From Bacteriovoracaceae bacterium (GTDB lineage: Bacteria > Bdellovibrionota > Bacteriovoracia > Bacteriovoracales > Bacteriovoracaceae): DNA of 64,000 nt. Numbering within the stretch: position 1 is the stretch's first letter; each line of letters begins with the position of its first letter. A program made the translations under genes and the position numbers. The DNA lies in assembly GCA_048270185.1 (NCBI GenBank), contig JBLWTJ010000001.1:1664001-1728000 (forward strand), given 5' to 3'. Positions 59,049-64,000 of the stretch are shown piece by piece. Under the pieces are notes generated by a model. It searched no databases and was not told the origin of the DNA. It saw only the letters and a program-made list of their open reading frames with translations.

Positions 59049-59792
59049 TTAAATTATAGAATAAATAATAGCCGACTGATTATCTAGATTACCTCTTCGA
59101 TTGGCGATACTAAATAAATTATCAATTTGTGAAACTTCATCACTACCAGACTCTTGAATGATTCTTTTGATATCATGAAGACTTAATGAACCATAGACAC
59201 CATCACTTAAAATGATGACTTTATCACCAGGTTCAACATTGAGTTCCCAGATTTTAGGAGAGATTTCATTATAAAGCCCAAGGGCGACAAGTGGAAAAGT
59301 GCTTTTATGATGTGAATTATCTGATATTGAAATTTGAGATACACAGTCGGGCGTACTTACTTGTGACAGATCTCCATCACGATAAATGAAGCTAACACAA
59401 TTACCACAACTAACAACAGACAGTATATTCTCAGAAAGCATGGTTAGAGCAATCGAAACTCCGCCTTTATCTTTCATTTCTTTTTTCTTATTAATATTAA
59501 GAAGATTCTTGTGAGCGATAAATAATGCATTTACCAGTGCATTTGTTTCGAGAATATATTGTGGTGAATAGAAATATGGCATCGTCGCATTTGGGTCACC
59601 AGAAAGTTTAGTGAAGTACAAATCGATTGATTTTTGAGCTGATTCCAAATTCGTTTCGGAAATCCCTGTTCCACCAAAACCATCTAGTACACCGAAGATT
59701 CTTTGTTTGATATTAATAAACGTCGTATCTTCATTAAGATTTAAGTATGGACCCTGATGAGTTCTTGCAAAGAAACTTTTGATTTCTCTCAT
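59049..59792 (-). CDS. PP2C-family Ser/Thr phosphatase-like protein
   Basis: NED, DGFGG, LSDGV, DN.S motifs. Confidence 0.82.
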   Translation of the reverse strand: MREIKSFFARTHQGPYLNLNEDTTFINIKQRIFGVLDGFGGTGISETNLESAQKSIDLYFTKLSGDPNATMPYFYSPQYILETNALVNALFIAHKNLLNINKKKEMKDKGGVSIALTMLSENILSVVSCGNCVSFIYRDGDLSQVSTPDCVSQISISDNSHHKSTFPLVALGLYNEISPKIWELNVEPGDKVIILSDGVYGSLSLHDIKRIIQESGSDEVSQIDNLFSIANRRGNLDNQSAIIYSII

Positions 59793-62008
59793 AGATTCTT
59801 TAACCTTTCTTTTGCTTTACGGTAGTACTCATTATCAACAGGCGAGATCTGTTGAACTTCTTGAAACTTCTCTCTTGCATCTTCAAAAGATCCTAATGAT
59901 TCTGAGATCAGTCCCTGGCGATAAACTTTACGTGCACGTCCAGTTAATGTTTCATTTATTTCATCTAATTCATTTTGAGCTTCGATTTCATTAGGATTAT
60001 AGCGAAGTACATCTTTGAAAACTTCGTAAGCGGCCTTTAAATCCTCTGCTTCTTTGAGAGATCGAGCTTTCCCCATTAAAGGTCCTGTAATATTTTTAAG
60101 GTTCTGACGTGACTCTTTAAGCATCTTAACGGCCTTGGCCATTAGATCCTCATCCATTGATTTCTCAGAAATAAAAACTTCTAAAGCACCAATTGCCTTA
60201 AACCACTCTTCTTGAAGATATAATTTTTCACCCGGCTTTAACGCATCAACCATTCTTTGACGCTCGGCTTTTTTCTGAGCTTCTTCTAGCTCTTTACGAT
60301 TCTTTTCTTTGATATAGGCATTGAGCTCTAATTCAAGATTTGCTACATCATAATTATCAGGATCTAATTCTTTGACTTGTTGAAATAATCCACGTGCCAA
60401 GGTTACATTTCTCTCTTTTACAGCAGCTTCAGCTTTTTCTAAAAGCTTCTGAACTTTTGCTTGAATTAACTTTCTCTTTTCCTCAGCTCTTCTTTCAAGC
60501 TCAGCTTTTTCTAGCTCAGCATACTTATCTTTGGCCAATTGATAGAAAGTCTGTGCCTGTTTGTAATCTTTTGTGATTAAGAATAGACGTTCAAATTCAG
60601 TAATCGCTTCTGCAACATTACCTTCATTTGCATAACGAGTTGCTAGTTGATAAAGAGCTTCGGCCCTCTCTTCCTGTTCTTTTGTTAACTTAACATCAGT
60701 CGAAGTAACAACTTTTTTCTTCTTCGGTTGTTGTTTGGCTTGCTGATCTTTTTTTGTCTTATCGGTATCTGCTCCCTCGTCACCGAGTAGAACCCATGCC
60801 ATCACTATCGCAACAAGTGGATAGAGTATAAATTTCTTTCTCTTTTCTGGATCTTTTAAGATTGATTTTAAATCATTTTTTGAAGATGCAGACGCAGGAG
60901 CATCAGAGAGTTCAAGATCATCAAAGTCATCCATATCATCAGAAACCTCGACAATCTCTTCAATTTCAATCTCTTGATCTTCTTCAACAGGCATTAGCAT
61001 ATCTTGCTGACTCTTGATGAAGTCACTAGCAATTTTTACTGTAAACGTTGTTGATCCGATGATGAACTCATCACCATTTGTAATCTCTTTTTGATTGATT
61101 CTCTTTCCGTTAAGAATCGTACCATTTGCAGACTGAAGATCTTCTAAGACACAAGTGATCTTATTCTTTCTAATAACTGCATGGACAGAAGATACTTCTG
61201 GATCGTTTAAGACAATCTGACATTTCGCAGGATCACGTCCAATAAAGACTTCTGGTTGATCAAGATTAAAGTGATCATAAGGAATATCTTCACCAAATAA
61301 TTCAAGAATAAAATTCGCAAAGCCACTAAAAACTTGAGTACTATCTCCAGCGTCATCGTCTAGAGTATCGACGTCATATCCACCTTCGCCGTATTCATCA
61401 CCATATTCGTCACTGTAGCCATCTTCTTGGAATTCATCACCATACTCTTCGCTTTGAAAACCATCTTCTTGATTCCCACCATCATCAAAACCTGCATTAT
61501 CAAAATCACTTTGAGCAAAGTCATCTGCTGCAATTTCTTCAGGTGCTTCCTCCGTTGCTTCAATAATGGCGGTCTCTTCTTCCTCTTCAACAGGAATATC
61601 CGCACTCTCTTCTTCTAACTCGGGTAGCTCAGGTTCAACATATTCATCTTCATATGTTTCTTCTGGATCTAAAGTGACTTCTTCAGCTTGTTTAACTTCA
61701 AGTTCTTCAAATATAATTTTAAAATCATTACAATTTAAAAAGTGACCTGTTGCAACTTGAACTTCATCGAGCATCATAGGTGCATTATTTACAAGTACAG
61801 TATCGTAATCAGAAAGTTTAACAAGTTTCCAATTTGTCCCATCAAAATTGAGACTTGCTAACTGACGAGAGATTTGAGGATCATCCAGATGAATTGCCGC
61901 ATCTTGAGCTCGGCCAATAAGAAAGGTACAACTCTGCCCTACAACTACTTGGTCGCTAAAATCTAAACGATTAATAATCGTACCATGTCTAGAAACAGTA
62001 ATTATCAC
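59789..62008 (-). CDS. Double-FHA, acidic-linker, TM, TPR protein
   Basis: IGR...ISR and IGR...VSSVH...SANGT FHA motifs; TM helix; TPR-like C-terminus. Confidence 0.85.
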   Translation of the reverse strand: MIITVSRHGTIINRLDFSDQVVVGQSCTFLIGRAQDAAIHLDDPQISRQLASLNFDGTNWKLVKLSDYDTVLVNNAPMMLDEVQVATGHFLNCNDFKIIFEELEVKQAEEVTLDPEETYEDEYVEPELPELEEESADIPVEEEEETAIIEATEEAPEEIAADDFAQSDFDNAGFDDGGNQEDGFQSEEYGDEFQEDGYSDEYGDEYGEGGYDVDTLDDDAGDSTQVFSGFANFILELFGEDIPYDHFNLDQPEVFIGRDPAKCQIVLNDPEVSSVHAVIRKNKITCVLEDLQSANGTILNGKRINQKEITNGDEFIIGSTTFTVKIASDFIKSQQDMLMPVEEDQEIEIEEIVEVSDDMDDFDDLELSDAPASASSKNDLKSILKDPEKRKKFILYPLVAIVMAWVLLGDEGADTDKTKKDQQAKQQPKKKKVVTSTDVKLTKEQEERAEALYQLATRYANEGNVAEAITEFERLFLITKDYKQAQTFYQLAKDKYAELEKAELERRAEEKRKLIQAKVQKLLEKAEAAVKERNVTLARGLFQQVKELDPDNYDVANLELELNAYIKEKNRKELEEAQKKAERQRMVDALKPGEKLYLQEEWFKAIGALEVFISEKSMDEDLMAKAVKMLKESRQNLKNITGPLMGKARSLKEAEDLKAAYEVFKDVLRYNPNEIEAQNELDEINETLTGRARKVYRQGLISESLGSFEDAREKFQEVQQISPVDNEYYRKAKERLKNL

Positions 62009-62975
62009 TTTTCTTCATCCCTAATTTTTCGGCCATATCATCAACATTCTTCTTTGCTTCAATATAGCGTTCATCAGTCTTATAATCTGATAATAATTTA
62101 TAAATGGCACAATATGTACCAAGGGCCCTCTGATATTTAAGAGAATCTTTATTCTTAGTTGCTTGCTCAAACATATCCTTAACTTTTTCATCAAGGCGCT
62201 GTTTAGCAATATTTAAATGATAGGCTGCTTCCCCATCATTAGGGTCAAGAGTAAGGGCCAGATTAAATTCCTGCATTGCCCTAAAATAATGCCCTTCGCG
62301 TGCTTCTCGTCGACCACGGTGAACATAGGCCTCAACTTTTTCTTTCACCTCTTGATCTTCTTTATATTGAACTCCAGTATTTCGACTTGAGTTTTCAATC
62401 ACATTACTTGTTGTTTTCTTCGGTGCTTTCTTTGTTGGTGTCTCAGAATCACCATCCATTAGAAAGAAAACGAGCATAATACCGACAAGCCCATAGATAA
62501 GTTTCTTTCGCTTAGCTTCTTTCGAATCAACTGGTTTCTTCTTCTTAGGCTTTGGCTTTTTTACCTCTTCTTCTTCCTCGTCATCCTCGTCCTCGTCCTC
62601 ATATTCGACTAGGGCAACTTCTTCTTTGATATGAATAAAAGAGTACTTAAAAACTGTTGAACCAATAATGATTTTATCACCGTTCTTGAGTTTATGCTGA
62701 GTCACCTTAAGATCGTTAACCATAACACCATTTTGTGACTTGAGATCTGTTAATGTATATTCACTGCCAACTCGACTAAGTTCAATATGTTCACGAGAAG
62801 CTTGTGTATCGAGAATCTGGATATCATTAGAGGCCAAGCGACCTAAAACAATACGATTGCCATTCATATAATAACAAACACCTTTATTCTTACCTGTCAT
62901 ACAGATCAAGCGATGGTAATTACCAGCGCTCTCAGGTGAAGATAAGTTTTTTGTCATTCTGACTGCAGCAACCAT
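61989..62975 (-). CDS. FHA-TM-TPR protein
   Basis: LGR...ASREH...SQNG; TM helix; TPR-like ALTLDP. Confidence 0.85.
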   Translation of the reverse strand: MVAAVRMTKNLSSPESAGNYHRLICMTGKNKGVCYYMNGNRIVLGRLASNDIQILDTQASREHIELSRVGSEYTLTDLKSQNGVMVNDLKVTQHKLKNGDKIIIGSTVFKYSFIHIKEEVALVEYEDEDEDDEEEEEVKKPKPKKKKPVDSKEAKRKKLIYGLVGIMLVFFLMDGDSETPTKKAPKKTTSNVIENSSRNTGVQYKEDQEVKEKVEAYVHRGRREAREGHYFRAMQEFNLALTLDPNDGEAAYHLNIAKQRLDEKVKDMFEQATKNKDSLKYQRALGTYCAIYKLLSDYKTDERYIEAKKNVDDMAEKLGMKKSDNYCF

Positions 62976-62981
62976 TAATTA

Positions 62982-64000
62982 TTAATCCTCTTTAATCAAC
63001 GTAATATAGAATGCCTTGGCAAAGTTATCTTTACCGATAAGGCTAGTAACAAATATATTATAAAAGTGTCCTGAGATTTCGTATTCACCTTTCTGAGATG
63101 TTCCACCGTTATCAGCAGATGCATCACAAAGTTCAATAATCGTTGCCGCAAAACCTTTTTCTCTTGCTACATCTAATAGACTCATCCCTTCAGATGAACT
63201 ACCACGAATGGCAGTAATATCTTCAGCAAGAGTATTTATATGAGCTAAATTCTTTTCTGAGTTCAGAACAAGAACAGCACCTTGTGCTCCTTGCATGAAT
63301 TCATAAAGACTTGCAACATAGTTCTCATCACTTTCCATCTCATCAAAACTCATATCATCATCAGTTTTTTGTAGCTCTCGAATCCTTTGGATCATGGAAT
63401 TTATAGAAGATCTTAGAGGATCGATTTCTGACCATAAGTACTCACTATCGATATTCTTACGATTTCCACGAAGGGCCTCTTCGATTTGAAACTTCATTTC
63501 GTCGAGGTGGCGAATGGTCATATAGTAAACAATTGCAAAGAAGATGATCGAAGCGATAAATGATGTAATGAGTGCTTCTAAATAGGCAATCCTACTTTTT
63601 GAAGCTTCATCTGTAATTGAAGATGGCTTAAAGCGAATAGCAATAACCCCTACAACATCAAGTGCACCAGTTTTTACATTTGTAGCCTTAATTTTCTGTC
63701 CAATTCCAATCTCACCATCAGCAAGACGTCTTACAATAGGTAGATCACCAGAGTTATTCATTGTTTTTTCGGCCCACTCACGAACTTGAACAGAAAAAGG
63801 GTCATCGATATACATATTAAGTTTTGTCAGTGGTCTAACAATACGTCCATCAATATCAAAAAGGTCATACGAGACGACACCGTTATTTCCCTGTTCAATA
63901 AACTTCGTATCGACTCGATCTAAGTCTTTACGAGCAAGTGCACCTCTATTTTGACGTTTAATCTCATCGGCATAGTGAGCACCACGTTTTGCAACCTCCA
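62982..64000 (-). CDS. Membrane protein with HAMP/PAS-like C-terminus, 5' end outside the window
   Basis: Frame is open from the window edge; TM helix followed by HAMP-like and PAS-like segments. Confidence 0.65.
   Translation of the reverse strand, partial: EVAKRGAHYADEIKRQNRGALARKDLDRVDTKFIEQGNNGVVSYDLFDIDGRIVRPLTKLNMYIDDPFSVQVREWAEKTMNNSGDLPIVRRLADGEIGIGQKIKATNVKTGALDVVGVIAIRFKPSSITDEASKSRIAYLEALITSFIASIIFFAIVYYMTIRHLDEMKFQIEEALRGNRKNIDSEYLWSEIDPLRSSINSMIQRIRELQKTDDDMSFDEMESDENYVASLYEFMQGAQGAVLVLNSEKNLAHINTLAEDITAIRGSSSEGMSLLDVAREKGFAATIIELCDASADNGGTSQKGEYEISGHFYNIFVTSLIGKDNFAKAFYITLIKED

Noticed and set aside
61360..61520. Repeat-like EYGDE/DGY tracts in the FHA protein and the acidic RomR linker
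   Set aside because: Low-complexity acidic protein linkers, not DNA repeat arrays
1..64000. CRISPR array, retron/reverse transcriptase, rRNA
   Set aside because: No regularly spaced repeats, no RT-like ORF and no rRNA-like sequence were seen by eye

Overview
AT-rich bacterial chromosome segment whose gene content and order (RomR-like regulator, FHA/TPR proteins, fused E1 alpha-beta, rny-ygfA-zapA-ftsY) suggest a predatory Bdellovibrionota such as Halobacteriovorax/Bacteriovoracaceae; this taxonomy is inference. Most of the window is housekeeping: aroC, rnpB, ptrB, mutY, nadBC, ung, ldh, rny, ftsY, epmA, rimO, slt, lolA, smc, rph, rdgB, birA. The main accessory feature is a ~8.9 kb element (46666..55585) integrated in the 3' end of tRNA-Pro(TGG) and bounded by a 24-bp direct repeat. 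Its core is a tyrosine integrase, two Xis/AlpA-like HTH genes (one missing from the ORF track), a Rep_trans-like replication initiator and a small-terminase-like gene, with no capsid or conjugation genes, which resembles a phage satellite. Its cargo looks defensive: an XRE regulator with an EVE/PUA-like + PD-(D/E)xK nuclease and no methylase; an ABC-type ATPase plus an unknown effector (Menshen NsnB/NsnC-like, lacking NsnA); and an unannotated 38-aa extremely acidic microprotein with its own sigma-28-like promoter, RBS and terminator. Outside the element: a 28-bp long-range inverted repeat upstream of an outer-membrane protein gene, a probable ATT start codon, a recurring CGATAA-N7-ATG leaderless pattern, and an FHA/PP2C/RomR cluster. 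No CRISPR array, rRNA or reverse transcriptase was seen. All family assignments come from motif recognition, not database searches.
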